Shown here: positions 36,517-46,693 of the stretch, one piece after another
Layout: every line of letters begins with the position of its first letter
How positions within the stretch are numbered: the stretch's first letter is position 1
DNA from: Candidatus Zixiibacteriota bacterium
GTDB taxonomy: Bacteria; Zixibacteria; MSB-5A5; GN15; FEB-12
NCBI GenBank assembly: GCA_049290195.1
Contig: JBATNE010000165.1
Location: 1,074-65,073, forward strand
DNA: 64,000 nt
Direction of reading: 5' to 3'
The notes under the pieces: model-generated
The model's database searches: none
What the model saw: the letters and a program-made list of their open reading frames with translations, nothing else
Told to the model about the DNA's origin: nothing
Made by a program: the position numbers and the translations under genes

Positions 36517-38718
36517 CTACTGCCCCTCGTAAAAAACAATTCCCAGCTGACCGAACAAGAACGAAAAGACATCACCGTCTTCTTCGATCTGGTCGCTGAA
36601 CGATGTTCCTATACCATGTCCCGAGGTCGAACTCTGGCGCAACAGAATCGGTTGATCGGAGCCGCTGGCGGCCTGCAGCCGGGCCGTCATTTTTCTGGAG
36701 TTGGCCGGATCAACTCGGCCGTCGTTCTCACCGGTCAAAAAGAGAACCGCCGGATATGCCTTGCCATCAACTACATGATGATACGGGGAGTAGGCATACA
36801 GCGCATCGAATTGCGCCTTGTCTTTGACCGTCCCGAATTCAGTCGTGTTGAACTCGCCGTTGGGAGATAATTCGACTCTGAGCATATCATAGATTCCAAC
36901 ATAGGAAATCACCACCCGGAACAGCTCCGGATGTTGGGTCAGCGCCGCACCCATGAGCAATCCGCCGTTGCTTCCCCCCATCGCCACCAGTTTCTGGGGC
37001 GTGGTGTACCCTTTGTCGATGAGATACTGCGCGCAGGCGGCGTAATCATCAAAGACGTTCTGCTTGCGGGTGAGATTCCCTGCCTGATGCCAGGCATCGC
37101 CGAATTCTCCTCCGCCGCGAAGGTTGGCGATCACATAGACACCCCCCTGATCCAGCCAGACTCGTCGCCACGTCGAAAATCCCGGAGACATATTCACTCC
37201 GTACCCGCCATATCCATACAGGATCACCGGATTTGACCCGTCCAGCCTGGTCCCTTTCTTTCGAATGATATTGATCGGTATCTTGGCGCCGTCTTTCGAT
37301 GTCACCATCTCCCGAACAACTTCCGCATCATCAAAATTCACTCTCGACTTCCGCACCATGGCGGTCTGCCGCGGTTCCGCATGAATCGGACTGTAGTGAT
37401 ACCATGCGGCCGGATGAAGATACGATTCCTGCTGATACAGGATATCGTCCCCGCCGATCCAGGTAAGAGCGCGTACGGTCGAAACCGGCTCGGTCTCGAC
37501 ACTCTTCAGTTCCTGGCCATTCAGATCGAATATGCGAAGCTGGGTCGGACCGCCGACCATGTCTTCGACATACAGGCGACTCGATGTTGCCGTGAAGTCA
37601 TTGATGGAAGCGCTGCCGGTCGGCACTACTACCTTCGTCTTTGAGAGCTCAGTCGCCGTGAGCGGCATCTGGAGAATCTTGCCGTTCGGAGCATCTTTGC
37701 GGGAGAGCAAATAGAGTGACTGGTTCAATCCAAATTTCGCCGTACTGACTCGATCCTGGAACTGCGTAATCTGTGTCCAATTTCCCGACGGCCCCTGGAT
37801 AAAGTGCGCATACTCCCCACCATCTCCGTTTGATACGGTGGCAAGCGTATACTTACCATCTTCCGATGTCTGCAGCGCTACTTCGGCGATCCGTGGAAAC
37901 TCCTTGCCGATCGCATAGCGATCCTCCGCCACCGGTGTGCCAAGCTTGTGATAGTACACCTGCTGATAGAAGTGCATATCGTCCGGCTTTTTCTCCCCTT
38001 CGGCCGGATACCGGGTATAGCTGATCCCGCTGTTGTCGGCAGCCCAGCTCACACTTCCACCGCCGGTCGGATAGCTGACGCGCGGAATGACATCGGCCAG
38101 CTGGCGACCCGATGCAACATCAAATATGTACGCTGAGCCGTCCTCACTCCCTCCCTTGGACATCGAAACGGCCACCAGCCTGGCGTCGTGCGATGGAACA
38201 TAGAAGTCGATCGTCGTGCTTCCGGTGCTGTCGATTTGATTGGGGTCGACCACTACCCTGGCGCCAACTGTATCGTCGGGTGAGGCAAGCGTCACCAGGA
38301 ACGGCTGTTCCCTGGGAGGCTGATCCTTCATCGCGAACAGCACGCCGCCTACCTTGGCCAACGAATAGTATGTCGATGATTCCGCGCTGTAGAGCTGTTT
38401 GACGTAGCTCTTGATGCGTTCGTGCGCCGGATCGGCATTGATCAGGCTGAACGTCAGCTCGTTCTGTTCGGCGACCCACGCCATCACCTCCGGGTCATTC
38501 TGGTTTTCAAGCCATCGGTAATCCTCCGTGACTTTCGTACCAAAATACTCGCTGGTAACCGGATGCTTCGGCGTGGCCGGATAAGCCGGCTTGCCGGTCT
38601 GGCTACGCCCGTTCTTTGCAACCATGAAGAGCCCGAGCGCGACCATCGTGACCAGCGCTACTGTGCGGATGCGGAGAATGCTCACTATCATGTTCGACTC
38701 CCGTATACGAAATCCCAT
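36517..38718 (-). CDS. Prolyl oligopeptidase family (S9A) serine peptidase
   Basis: N-terminal beta-propeller region (DPYRWLE-like VTEDYRWLEN) and a catalytic domain with GGSNGGLLMGA, DGRVD and GHG. An alternative start at ATG 38691 gives a signal-like N-terminus. Confidence 0.88.
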   Translation of the reverse strand: MGFRIRESNMIVSILRIRTVALVTMVALGLFMVAKNGRSQTGKPAYPATPKHPVTSEYFGTKVTEDYRWLENQNDPEVMAWVAEQNELTFSLINADPAHERIKSYVKQLYSAESSTYYSLAKVGGVLFAMKDQPPREQPFLVTLASPDDTVGARVVVDPNQIDSTGSTTIDFYVPSHDARLVAVSMSKGGSEDGSAYIFDVASGRQLADVIPRVSYPTGGGSVSWAADNSGISYTRYPAEGEKKPDDMHFYQQVYYHKLGTPVAEDRYAIGKEFPRIAEVALQTSEDGKYTLATVSNGDGGEYAHFIQGPSGNWTQITQFQDRVSTAKFGLNQSLYLLSRKDAPNGKILQMPLTATELSKTKVVVPTGSASINDFTATSSRLYVEDMVGGPTQLRIFDLNGQELKSVETEPVSTVRALTWIGGDDILYQQESYLHPAAWYHYSPIHAEPRQTAMVRKSRVNFDDAEVVREMVTSKDGAKIPINIIRKKGTRLDGSNPVILYGYGGYGVNMSPGFSTWRRVWLDQGGVYVIANLRGGGEFGDAWHQAGNLTRKQNVFDDYAACAQYLIDKGYTTPQKLVAMGGSNGGLLMGAALTQHPELFRVVISYVGIYDMLRVELSPNGEFNTTEFGTVKDKAQFDALYAYSPYHHVVDGKAYPAVLFLTGENDGRVDPANSRKMTARLQAASGSDQPILLRQSSTSGHGIGTSFSDQIEEDGDVFSFLFGQLGIVFYEGQ

Positions 38719-38918
38719 AAATCGTCTTATGCGTCGATAGACCAGTCCATCTTATATACGTACTAAGAACGCAGGTTTGTTGGCACAGTCAAGATGGAAC
38801 AGTGAGGAAATGGGAAATCGAAAGGACGTCTACGCGGCAATGCGTATCGCCGATTGGCAAAACTCCATTGGAGCCACGCAGTTACATTCGGCGAGTGGCC
38901 GACGGGTTCGTGCCCTGT

Positions 38919-41900
38919 TCATTCGACCGCGCCGGTTTTGGCAGCACAATCCAGGACTTCCCGCAATTTAAGTGCGAGCGCCACTCGGGTGAACGGCTTA
39001 TGGATGAATCCGGCATTCAGTTTAGACAGCGATTCCGGAGTAATAGCCTGGTCCGGATATCCGGACATGAATAGAACTTTGGTCTTCGGCCGCCAGGCGA
39101 CAAATCGCTCCGCCAGTTCCGGGCCGTTCATTTTCGGCATGATGACATCAGTCAAAAGCAGATCAAACTGCACCTTAGCCCCGCAGCCGTGCTGGAGCGC
39201 TTCGAGCGGTTCGGCACAGGTGATGACGCGGTAACCCAATTCCACCAGCATCTTGCTGACAATCGAGCGAACCACACTGTCATCTTCGACCAGGATGATC
39301 GTCTCCCCCTGCGCCAGGTCTTCTCCCTGCGTCAGTTTTGACGACGAATCACTGGCTGCAGCCGGACTGAGCGGCAGGTACACCACGAACTCCGTTCCGA
39401 CAGAGAGCTGACTCAGGACTTCGATTGCCCCTTTCTGCTCGGTGACAATTCCGTAGACCGTTGCGAGTCCCAGACCTGTGCCTTTTCCCAGTTCTTTGGT
39501 CGTGAAGAACGGTTCAAACAAGTGTGAAAGGATTTCGTCCGACATCCCGACTCCGGTGTCCTTCACCGACAGCGTCACATACGCTCCTGGTTCCAGGTTG
39601 AACCGGCCCAGCGATCGTGAACTCTCCAGATGGAACAATCCGGTCTCAACTCTGAGGCTGCCTCCCTTAGGCATGGCATCCCGGGCGTTGACCACCAGAT
39701 TCATCACGATCTGCTCCAACTGTCCGGGATCGGCGTAGACAATTGTGGGGTCCTTGGATGACTGCAGCGCCATGTCGATATTCTCGCCGATCAGCCGCTT
39801 GAGCATCTTGCTCATTTCGGCGACGATCGCATCGAGCGACACGTGCTGCGGCTGCGTCATTTCCTTGCGACTGAACGCCAGCAACTGCCGGGTCAGCGAC
39901 GCTGCCCGGCCGGCCGCGGCACTGATTTCCATGGCATCGCCATGATGCTTGCTGTCGTCCGGCAAACGTCGCACCAGAACTTCGGAGTAACCCAGAATTA
40001 CCGTCAGGAGGTTGTTGAAGTCGTGAGCGATTCCGCCTGCCAGCCGCCCCACCGCTTCCATCTTCTGCGATTGTGCCAGCATCTGACCCAATTCAATTTC
40101 ATGAGACACGTCCCGCTTCACTGCCACAAAGTGCGTGCAGGTGCCGGTGTTGTCGAGGATCGGAGAGACCGTCATGTTTTCAGTATACAGCGAGCCGTCT
40201 TTCCGTTTGTTAGTCACCCTCCCCTGCCAGGTCAAACCGCTCTTGAGCGTTTTCCACATGGCCTCATAGAAGGCGGCATCGTGCTGTCCGCTGCGAAGGA
40301 TTCTGGGATTCTGTCCCAGAACTTCATCCGTGCGGTACTGGGTCATTCTCTCAAAGGCCGGATTCACATATTCGATATTGCCATTGAGATTGGTGATGAC
40401 TACTCCCTCGGCCGTCTGCGAAACCGCCGCCGCCAGGCGGCGCTCACTCTCCTCCGCCTTTTTGCGACGCGATATGTCCCGCACCTGACCGTACAGGAGG
40501 GACCGCCCGTGCAACCGAATGGCACTCAGCGCAATCTCCGTATCGAACAGCTGGCCATCGACCTTCTTCATTTTCCAGTAGAAGTGCTGCGGATTTCCCG
40601 CCACCGCTTCGCAGATGTATTCCGATGCCATCAATCGCGAGAGCTCGCCATTCGGCTGAAAGTCAGGAGCAAAATCAAGTGGCGTACGCCCCAGTATCTC
40701 CTCGCGGCTGCAGCCGCACTGCTGGCAAGCCATTTCGTTGCAGTCTACAAATGTGTCCGTCAACAGAAACAGGCCATCGGTCGATTGCTCAAAGATAGTC
40801 CTGAACTTTGTCTCCGACTCACGCAGGGCCGCCTCGGCCTTCTTCTTCTCGGTGATCGGCATCACCATCTCCACGGCCCCTTCGATCGTACCGTCCTTGC
40901 CGTAGATGGGTGTCGCGACAATCTCCGCCCAGATCTCTTCGCCGTTGGTATCGATCCCCTTTTGTTCATGTACTATCCGACTGGCGCCGTTCTCAAAGAT
41001 CTCCCGGACACCGCATTGGGGGCAAATTGAGTGGCGTCCGTTGTACGCCATGAAGCACGGCTTTCCTTCAACCTCGCCATAGAGCCCCTTCAACAGACCA
41101 TTGGCCCATCGGGTTCTATAATCACGACTGATGACCGCAATGCCTGCCCCAGCGTTTGTCGTGACGCTTTCCAGCATCGCCTTCTCCCGGCGGAGTTCCT
41201 CTTCGATCTGATTGCGATCAGAGACATCTTGCACCGTTCCGTGCAACTGGGTGACATGTCCGCCCACCTGCCTCGCCGCCCTGATAACCACATGATGGCT
41301 TGCCTGCCGCCCCGATGGAAGTTGCGCGGTGACTTCCTGTTCGCACTGACCTCCGGTTATTGTCGCCTGTTGTGCGGCAGCCAGGATCAACTTGGCTCCA
41401 GCGTCACCATAGTATTGGGTGATATCATCGAGGTTCGAAATCTCATGATTACCCTGAACTTCCAATAGACGGTACAGCTCTTCCGAACATTTCACCGCAC
41501 CGGTAGCGACCTGGTAACTCCAGTCGCCGATTTTCCCCATCTCCTGAGCTTCATTCAGGCGAGTCTGGTTTTCCTTCAGGTCTATCTGAATCTGTTTGCG
41601 CTGGGCTACATCGCGGATAATGGTAATAGTGTACCGTTTCCCATCATCGTCGATCGGATATGACGATGTCTCCAGGTCCAGGCGACGTCCATCGAGCGTA
41701 GTCACCGTCAATTCGGTCGCCGGGACAACCACTCCCTCCCTACGTTGCGCCAGTATGTCGCGATACCGGGCCCACTCCTCGGAGGAGAAGGTGACAATGT
41801 CGGTTGCCTTCAAGCCGTACCATTTGGCGCGGGTGACCCCGAACAGCTCCTCCGCACAGGGATTGCAGTCCTGGATGACGCCCTGATCATCGAAAATCAC

Positions 41901-42026
41901 CACGGCGTCGGGGGAGTTCTCAAAGACGGAGGGAAGCGAAACGGGCCGCTTTGCGGGAAGTTCGGGCTTTCTCTGCCCTGAAAGACTCTTATGATCTGGC
42001 ACGACTTCCACCCTCTCGAATCGCAC
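38919..42026 (-). CDS. Multi-PAS hybrid sensor histidine kinase with C-terminal receiver
   Basis: Several PAS/PAC-like modules, H-box [17 protein letters not shown], and HATPase motifs [17 protein letters not shown] and [11 protein letters not shown]. Receiver motifs ILVEDD...[13 protein letters not shown]...IHKPF. GTG start immediately after the upstream gene's stop. Confidence 0.88.
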   Translation of the reverse strand: MRFERVEVVPDHKSLSGQRKPELPAKRPVSLPSVFENSPDAVVIFDDQGVIQDCNPCAEELFGVTRAKWYGLKATDIVTFSSEEWARYRDILAQRREGVVVPATELTVTTLDGRRLDLETSSYPIDDDGKRYTITIIRDVAQRKQIQIDLKENQTRLNEAQEMGKIGDWSYQVATGAVKCSEELYRLLEVQGNHEISNLDDITQYYGDAGAKLILAAAQQATITGGQCEQEVTAQLPSGRQASHHVVIRAARQVGGHVTQLHGTVQDVSDRNQIEEELRREKAMLESVTTNAGAGIAVISRDYRTRWANGLLKGLYGEVEGKPCFMAYNGRHSICPQCGVREIFENGASRIVHEQKGIDTNGEEIWAEIVATPIYGKDGTIEGAVEMVMPITEKKKAEAALRESETKFRTIFEQSTDGLFLLTDTFVDCNEMACQQCGCSREEILGRTPLDFAPDFQPNGELSRLMASEYICEAVAGNPQHFYWKMKKVDGQLFDTEIALSAIRLHGRSLLYGQVRDISRRKKAEESERRLAAAVSQTAEGVVITNLNGNIEYVNPAFERMTQYRTDEVLGQNPRILRSGQHDAAFYEAMWKTLKSGLTWQGRVTNKRKDGSLYTENMTVSPILDNTGTCTHFVAVKRDVSHEIELGQMLAQSQKMEAVGRLAGGIAHDFNNLLTVILGYSEVLVRRLPDDSKHHGDAMEISAAAGRAASLTRQLLAFSRKEMTQPQHVSLDAIVAEMSKMLKRLIGENIDMALQSSKDPTIVYADPGQLEQIVMNLVVNARDAMPKGGSLRVETGLFHLESSRSLGRFNLEPGAYVTLSVKDTGVGMSDEILSHLFEPFFTTKELGKGTGLGLATVYGIVTEQKGAIEVLSQLSVGTEFVVYLPLSPAAASDSSSKLTQGEDLAQGETIILVEDDSVVRSIVSKMLVELGYRVITCAEPLEALQHGCGAKVQFDLLLTDVIMPKMNGPELAERFVAWRPKTKVLFMSGYPDQAITPESLSKLNAGFIHKPFTRVALALKLREVLDCAAKTGAVE

Positions 42027-43346
42027 TCATTTCGATACTCCCGCGCTCGGCTGTTTTGACAGGGTGGCTATCGTTATCTCCCCCACAATGGGATCTATGC
42101 GGGCAATATTCCTAAGCCGTGACAGCCCCTGAAGAGTCAGAGTCGTCCCGGACGTGACCAGCAATGCTCCGCTCAGGGAAATGATATCTTTGGTCACGAC
42201 AGCATTCGGAATGAGTTCGTTAAGACCGACCCGGCTTTCGATCATGACGCCGTTGTCGGCTGAAGTCGTCGCGATGCTCTCTGAAAAGGCGCGTACTACT
42301 CGTGCCGGATACGCCTTGTCGGACTGCTCTTCGATCCGTTGACATGAATAACGAAAATCGTATTCAGCCGTGTGCCGCTTCCGGGTGGCCAGGTGGTCAA
42401 ATTCATCGCTCACACCTATAATCAGCGCCTCCAGCGGTATCTCCGGCCCTCGCAGGCGGTTGGGAAATCCGCTTCCATCGAACCGTTCGTGATGGGTTTC
42501 GATACAGATGCAAATCCTCTCGAATTGCTTGAGTCCCTTGAGCGCTTCCGCCCCAAGGAGCGGATGGAGGTTATAAACGTCTGCTTCCTCTTTGCGATAG
42601 TCGGCCGGGTCTCGTGCGATCAGAAACGGCGGCAGGTACAGTTTTCCGCAGTCGTGCAACAGCGCGGCCAGTTCCAGTTCGTTGAGGGCCACACCTTCGA
42701 GCCCCAGCTTGCGACCGATAGCCAGACAGTAGTCCGCCACGCGCCGGGCATGATTGCCCAGATCCGGTCGGGAATACCGAAGTAGTGCGATCAGGGCCCG
42801 TGCAGAACCATCCAACGATTTCACCAGTTGTTCATTCAAGCTGCGGGCTGTCAAAAGGGCGTCACCAAGTTGCGACGATCGGACCCTGACCTTCTCTTCC
42901 AATTGAGCATTGAACTCGACCAGTTGCTCGTTCTGCGACGTTGTCAACGAGAGCAGCCGTGCGTGATCCGCCTTCAAATCGTGAAAATCAACCGCCTGTT
43001 TGACGGCGATGCGAAGTTCTTCATCCTTCCAGGGCTTGAGGAAAAATCGGAATATTTCTCCGCCGTTCACAGCCTGCTGGACTGCTTCCAGATCGGCCTG
43101 CCCGGTCAGAAGCATCCTGATTGTCTCCGGCCGTTTCTCTTTCACCCGTGCCAGAAATTCCGCCCCGGACATCTGCGGCATTTTGTGATCGCTCACCAGC
43201 ACCGTGATACTGTGTTTGGCCAGAATCTCCAGAGCCTCGAGCGGAGATGAAGCGAAATGATAGCTGTACCCTTCATAGCCGCGGAACGCCCGCTGGAGGC
43301 TTCTGAGAATCGGCATTTCGTCATCGACAAACAGAATGTCAGTCAT
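42027..43346 (-). CDS. Response regulator with HD-GYP phosphodiesterase domain (RpfG-like) plus extra C-terminal domain
   Basis: Receiver motifs ILFVDDE, VLVSDHKMPQMSG and FFLKPW. HD-GYP motifs LLHDCGK and HHERFDGSGFP. About 100 additional C-terminal residues have no assigned family. Confidence 0.88.
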   Translation of the reverse strand: MTDILFVDDEMPILRSLQRAFRGYEGYSYHFASSPLEALEILAKHSITVLVSDHKMPQMSGAEFLARVKEKRPETIRMLLTGQADLEAVQQAVNGGEIFRFFLKPWKDEELRIAVKQAVDFHDLKADHARLLSLTTSQNEQLVEFNAQLEEKVRVRSSQLGDALLTARSLNEQLVKSLDGSARALIALLRYSRPDLGNHARRVADYCLAIGRKLGLEGVALNELELAALLHDCGKLYLPPFLIARDPADYRKEEADVYNLHPLLGAEALKGLKQFERICICIETHHERFDGSGFPNRLRGPEIPLEALIIGVSDEFDHLATRKRHTAEYDFRYSCQRIEEQSDKAYPARVVRAFSESIATTSADNGVMIESRVGLNELIPNAVVTKDIISLSGALLVTSGTTLTLQGLSRLRNIARIDPIVGEITIATLSKQPSAGVSK

Positions 43347-43386
43347 ACCAGTACCGTTCTACCAAAGGACTTCTGATCGCTTCTCA

Positions 43387-44214
43387 TCATGAGTCCAGGA
43401 CTTTCAACTGATGTTCCAGTTCCGTTTCCACGATCTGGATGAGTTCGCGGTGTGCTTCGATGTCCAACCCATAGACTCGCCGATCCGGGTGCGGAAATCC
43501 ATGCCCCATGGCAATGACCAGCATGTCCGCCTCCTGAAGGGTGCGCCGCCCGATGTCGCCGGGAAGAGCTTCATCGAATGGAATGTGATGCCCCTGAACC
43601 AGATCACTGATGGCGGTAGGGAATTTCCAGTTTCGCAAAAGCTGACCGGCTATCTCCGCGTGAGAATGCGCTCCCAGACGATCTTCGATCACATGGAACA
43701 TCTCCCCGGTCTGCTCCTGCGTCTTATATAGCCCGGTCCAGAGGTCGGGCCAGTAGTAAGCCTGAATCATCTTCCCTACATCGTGAATCAACCCGGCCAG
43801 ATACAACGTATCTCCGAGTCGCCGATCGTGTCGTGCTCCCAGTCTGCTGGCGGTAATCGCCGTCGCATACGAGTGCTTCCAGAATTCGAACATGGCGAAC
43901 GTATGAGACCGCGGCTGAACCGCCGCCAGCCCCTTCTGAATGGAGAGCGCGGCCGTGATATTCTTTATGGAATTGATACCCAATACAAAGACCGCATCGC
44001 GCACCGACTGCACCTGTCGTGCCGACATGTAAAACGGTGAATTCGACAGATGTATCACCTTGACGGCGAGTGATGGATCCGTTGAGATTATCCCGGCCAG
44101 ATCTTCGACCGAGACCGTCTCATCCTCCAGCATAGCCAACAGCTTTGCCGTGACTTTCGGAAACGGCGGCAGCGTTGACAGGCGCTTGAGAACGTCGGCA
44201 ACTGCGTATGTCAT
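43387..44214 (-). CDS. HDOD domain protein
   Basis: LPPFPKVTAKLLAMLEDETVSVEDLAGIISTDPSLAVKVIHLSNSPFY and LIHDVGKMI. ATGA overlap with the upstream receiver gene. Confidence 0.85.
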   Translation of the reverse strand: MTYAVADVLKRLSTLPPFPKVTAKLLAMLEDETVSVEDLAGIISTDPSLAVKVIHLSNSPFYMSARQVQSVRDAVFVLGINSIKNITAALSIQKGLAAVQPRSHTFAMFEFWKHSYATAITASRLGARHDRRLGDTLYLAGLIHDVGKMIQAYYWPDLWTGLYKTQEQTGEMFHVIEDRLGAHSHAEIAGQLLRNWKFPTAISDLVQGHHIPFDEALPGDIGRRTLQEADMLVIAMGHGFPHPDRRVYGLDIEAHRELIQIVETELEHQLKVLDS

Positions 44215-44762
44215 CGACCGACCCGCTTAGGACCCGACATGGGCATTGATCCTTCGAGTTCATCACGCATCTCTGTTCGCTGCGGCATCAGATGTTCGTC
44301 AAGCAGTTCCGGATGACGCTTCTGAATGGACGTCAGCAGTTCCGATTTTTCCGTCAACTCCGCCATCAGTCTGCGGTTGTCCACCAGAAGCTTGTGGTGC
44401 GCCAGCGCTATATTGACAGTCGCTTTGAGATCCATGTCGATCCATGGCTTCAGGAGAAACCGATACGCTTCCCCCTCATTAACCGCCTTGATCACGGCAT
44501 CGATATCCGATTGACCGGACAAAATGATCCGCATCGTATCCGGATACAGCTCCTTGACTTTCTTGGTCAGTTCGACACCGGACATTCCCGGCATGATGTT
44601 GTCCGTCACCAGTACCTGCACCGGCTGGGCGCGAAGTACCGCCAGCGCTTCTTCGGCACTGAAACTGGTGAGTATCGTCACCGGGTCTCCCCGAAACAAT
44701 CGGGACAGTGACTTCAAAATGTACGGTTCGTCATCGACGAACAGGACGGTATATTGATTCAT
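44211..44762 (-). CDS. Single-domain response regulator with C-terminal coiled-coil-like tail
   Basis: ATG 44762 gives MNQYTVLFVDDEPYILKSL. Receiver motifs VLVTDNIMPGMSG and FLLKPW. The tracked ORF start at 44822 would overlap the upstream kinase gene. Confidence 0.8.
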   Translation of the reverse strand: MNQYTVLFVDDEPYILKSLSRLFRGDPVTILTSFSAEEALAVLRAQPVQVLVTDNIMPGMSGVELTKKVKELYPDTMRIILSGQSDIDAVIKAVNEGEAYRFLLKPWIDMDLKATVNIALAHHKLLVDNRRLMAELTEKSELLTSIQKRHPELLDEHLMPQRTEMRDELEGSMPMSGPKRVGR

Positions 44763-44781
44763 GCTGAAAGCCCTCTCTTCA

Positions 44782-46545
44782 TTACAAACGTTGCTTGGTG
44801 TCCGCTGAATGACCGCCGGCAAGACCTGTCAATGGCAGCGTTACCAGAAATTCCGTTCCTCGACCGAGTTCGCTGAGTGCCCGAATCGTCCCTCCGTGCT
44901 TGGCTACAATGCCGTAAGAAATACTGAGCCCCATCCCGGTTCCCTTTCCCGGCGGCTTGGTGGTAAAGAACGGATCAAAGATGCGGGCAAGGATCTTGTC
45001 CGGAATTCCGGGTCCATCGTCCTTGATGCTCACGACAATGGCTTTCCCCACCACGCCCGACGTAATCGTGAGCGTCCCGTGCTTCGGAACGGCCTGCGCC
45101 GCATTGAGAAAGATATTCGTAAATACCTGAACGAGCTGGTTGGGATAACAGACCAGGTCCGGTATCGTCCCCAAACGCCTGTCCACATCAAGCGTATACT
45201 TGATTTCATTCCGCACTAAGTTGAGTGAATCATCCAGAAGCGCGTTCAAGCTACAAAGCTGGGGCGTGTCGCTGTCGGCACGGGCGAAAGTCTTGAGGTC
45301 CTTGACGATCTTTGATACCCGCGCCAGACCATCGAGTGTCTCCTTCAGGAGCTGTTTGGAGTCCTCTGCGATGAACTCGATATCGTAGGTCTGCTTGAGC
45401 GCGATAACTTCCCCTTTGACCGGACAGGCTTCATTCGACTCCATCAGTTTCACTTCGACCTGGCCCGTATACGTTGTCAGCTTTTCCAGATAGCCCGTCA
45501 GCGTGTTGCAGTTGCTGCTGACAAATCCAAGCGGATTGTTGATCTCGTGCGCCACGCCCGCCGCCAGCTCGCCGATTGATGCCAGCTTGGCCGACTGAAG
45601 CAGCCGACGCTGCAGCATTTCTGTTTCGGTCATGTCATGGATGATGAAGACGATCGCGATCACGTGCTCGCGGTGGCGGATCGGATAGGCTATGACATTG
45701 AGCTTGGTGTCATTGTGCTCGTTAGTGAAATCACGACGAGAGAGCCCGGCCGACTGCTGAATTTCGTCGAACAGTTCGGTGAAGGGGGGCAGACAATGCG
45801 CCGGCAACACCTCCCTGAGCGGTGCCCCCAAATAGGATATTCTCGCCTGGTCACTCACTTCGAGCAGATCCAGGGCAAAGGCATTTATCAGATGAACCTG
45901 TGTGCTTAAATCAACGGCGATCAGGCCGAAATTGGCGTTGCTGATGATTCCGTGAAGCAGTTCCTTTTCGGCCAGAAGTCGCTCGGACTGAAATTCCAGA
46001 TCACGGGTCTTGGCTTCAACCAGCTCTTCGAGCGTAACCGCCTTCTCTTCTCTCTGCTCCTGGCTCCGGTGTTGAGCATACCCCTTGTCAAGAAGATCCA
46101 GGAGTTCCTGCGGTTGAAACGGCTTTTCGAGAAAACCAAACGGCCGGAGCTGAATCGCCCGCGCCAGTGTCTCATATTCGGAGAAACCGGTCATGAAAAT
46201 GACCAGCGTCAGAGGGGAGTACTCCAAAATTGCTTCAGCCAGCTGCACACCCGAGAGCCCCGGCATGCGGATGTCGGTCACTACGACATGAACGGTTGAC
46301 TGCTTGAGCGCGACCAGTGCCCGATCGGCCGAGTCGGCTGCACGGCAGCTGTATCCTGCCTCGCCCACCGCACGTTCCAGCATGGTCAGAAGCGATTTTT
46401 CATCGTCAACCAACAAAACGGAAAGGTCGCGACGACTGCCGCTTACTGCCGGTTTGGTGACGTCATGATGTTCTGGATGTTGTGCCCCAGGTACCAAGTC
46501 CCCTACCCCCTCGAATACCGATTTGTTCCGATTATCGACAATCAA
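44782..46545 (-). CDS. Hybrid histidine kinase with N-terminal receiver, PAS-like middle, HisKA/HATPase
   Basis: Receiver motifs [20 protein letters not shown] and FLEKPF. H-box [15 protein letters not shown]. HATPase motifs [18 protein letters not shown] and [11 protein letters not shown]. There is no ATG before the receiver, so the start is TTG 46545 or TTG 46497 and is uncertain. Confidence 0.85.
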   Translation of the reverse strand: MIVDNRNKSVFEGVGDLVPGAQHPEHHDVTKPAVSGSRRDLSVLLVDDEKSLLTMLERAVGEAGYSCRAADSADRALVALKQSTVHVVVTDIRMPGLSGVQLAEAILEYSPLTLVIFMTGFSEYETLARAIQLRPFGFLEKPFQPQELLDLLDKGYAQHRSQEQREEKAVTLEELVEAKTRDLEFQSERLLAEKELLHGIISNANFGLIAVDLSTQVHLINAFALDLLEVSDQARISYLGAPLREVLPAHCLPPFTELFDEIQQSAGLSRRDFTNEHNDTKLNVIAYPIRHREHVIAIVFIIHDMTETEMLQRRLLQSAKLASIGELAAGVAHEINNPLGFVSSNCNTLTGYLEKLTTYTGQVEVKLMESNEACPVKGEVIALKQTYDIEFIAEDSKQLLKETLDGLARVSKIVKDLKTFARADSDTPQLCSLNALLDDSLNLVRNEIKYTLDVDRRLGTIPDLVCYPNQLVQVFTNIFLNAAQAVPKHGTLTITSGVVGKAIVVSIKDDGPGIPDKILARIFDPFFTTKPPGKGTGMGLSISYGIVAKHGGTIRALSELGRGTEFLVTLPLTGLAGGHSADTKQRL

Positions 46546-46546
46546 A

Positions 46547-46574
46547 GGAATTTAATTAGATTAATTATGATTCC
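46547..46574. promoter_or_regulatory. AT-rich near-palindrome upstream of the signalling operon (candidate operator/promoter element)
   Basis: The sequence is ggaat-t-TAATTA-gat-TAATTA-tg-attcc. It is an AT-rich island in otherwise GC-rich DNA, directly upstream (minus strand) of the operon's first gene. Confidence 0.3.
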
Positions 46575-46634
46575 ACCGACGAATCAGCGAAGGCTGCAGT
46601 TCCTGATACAATTCCATGGAAAATGAGAAGGAGT

Positions 46635-46657
46635 AGTGGCGGAACAGCTCCGCCACT
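46635..46657 (-). terminator. Putative terminator hairpin downstream of the S41 peptidase gene
   Basis: Perfect 9-bp stem agtggcgga / tccgccact with a 5-nt loop. On the minus strand it is followed by a pyrimidine-rich actccttctcatttt. Confidence 0.5.
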
Positions 46658-46693
46658 CTATCTGAACCTACCGGAGACCGGACTGCGTTTCTC

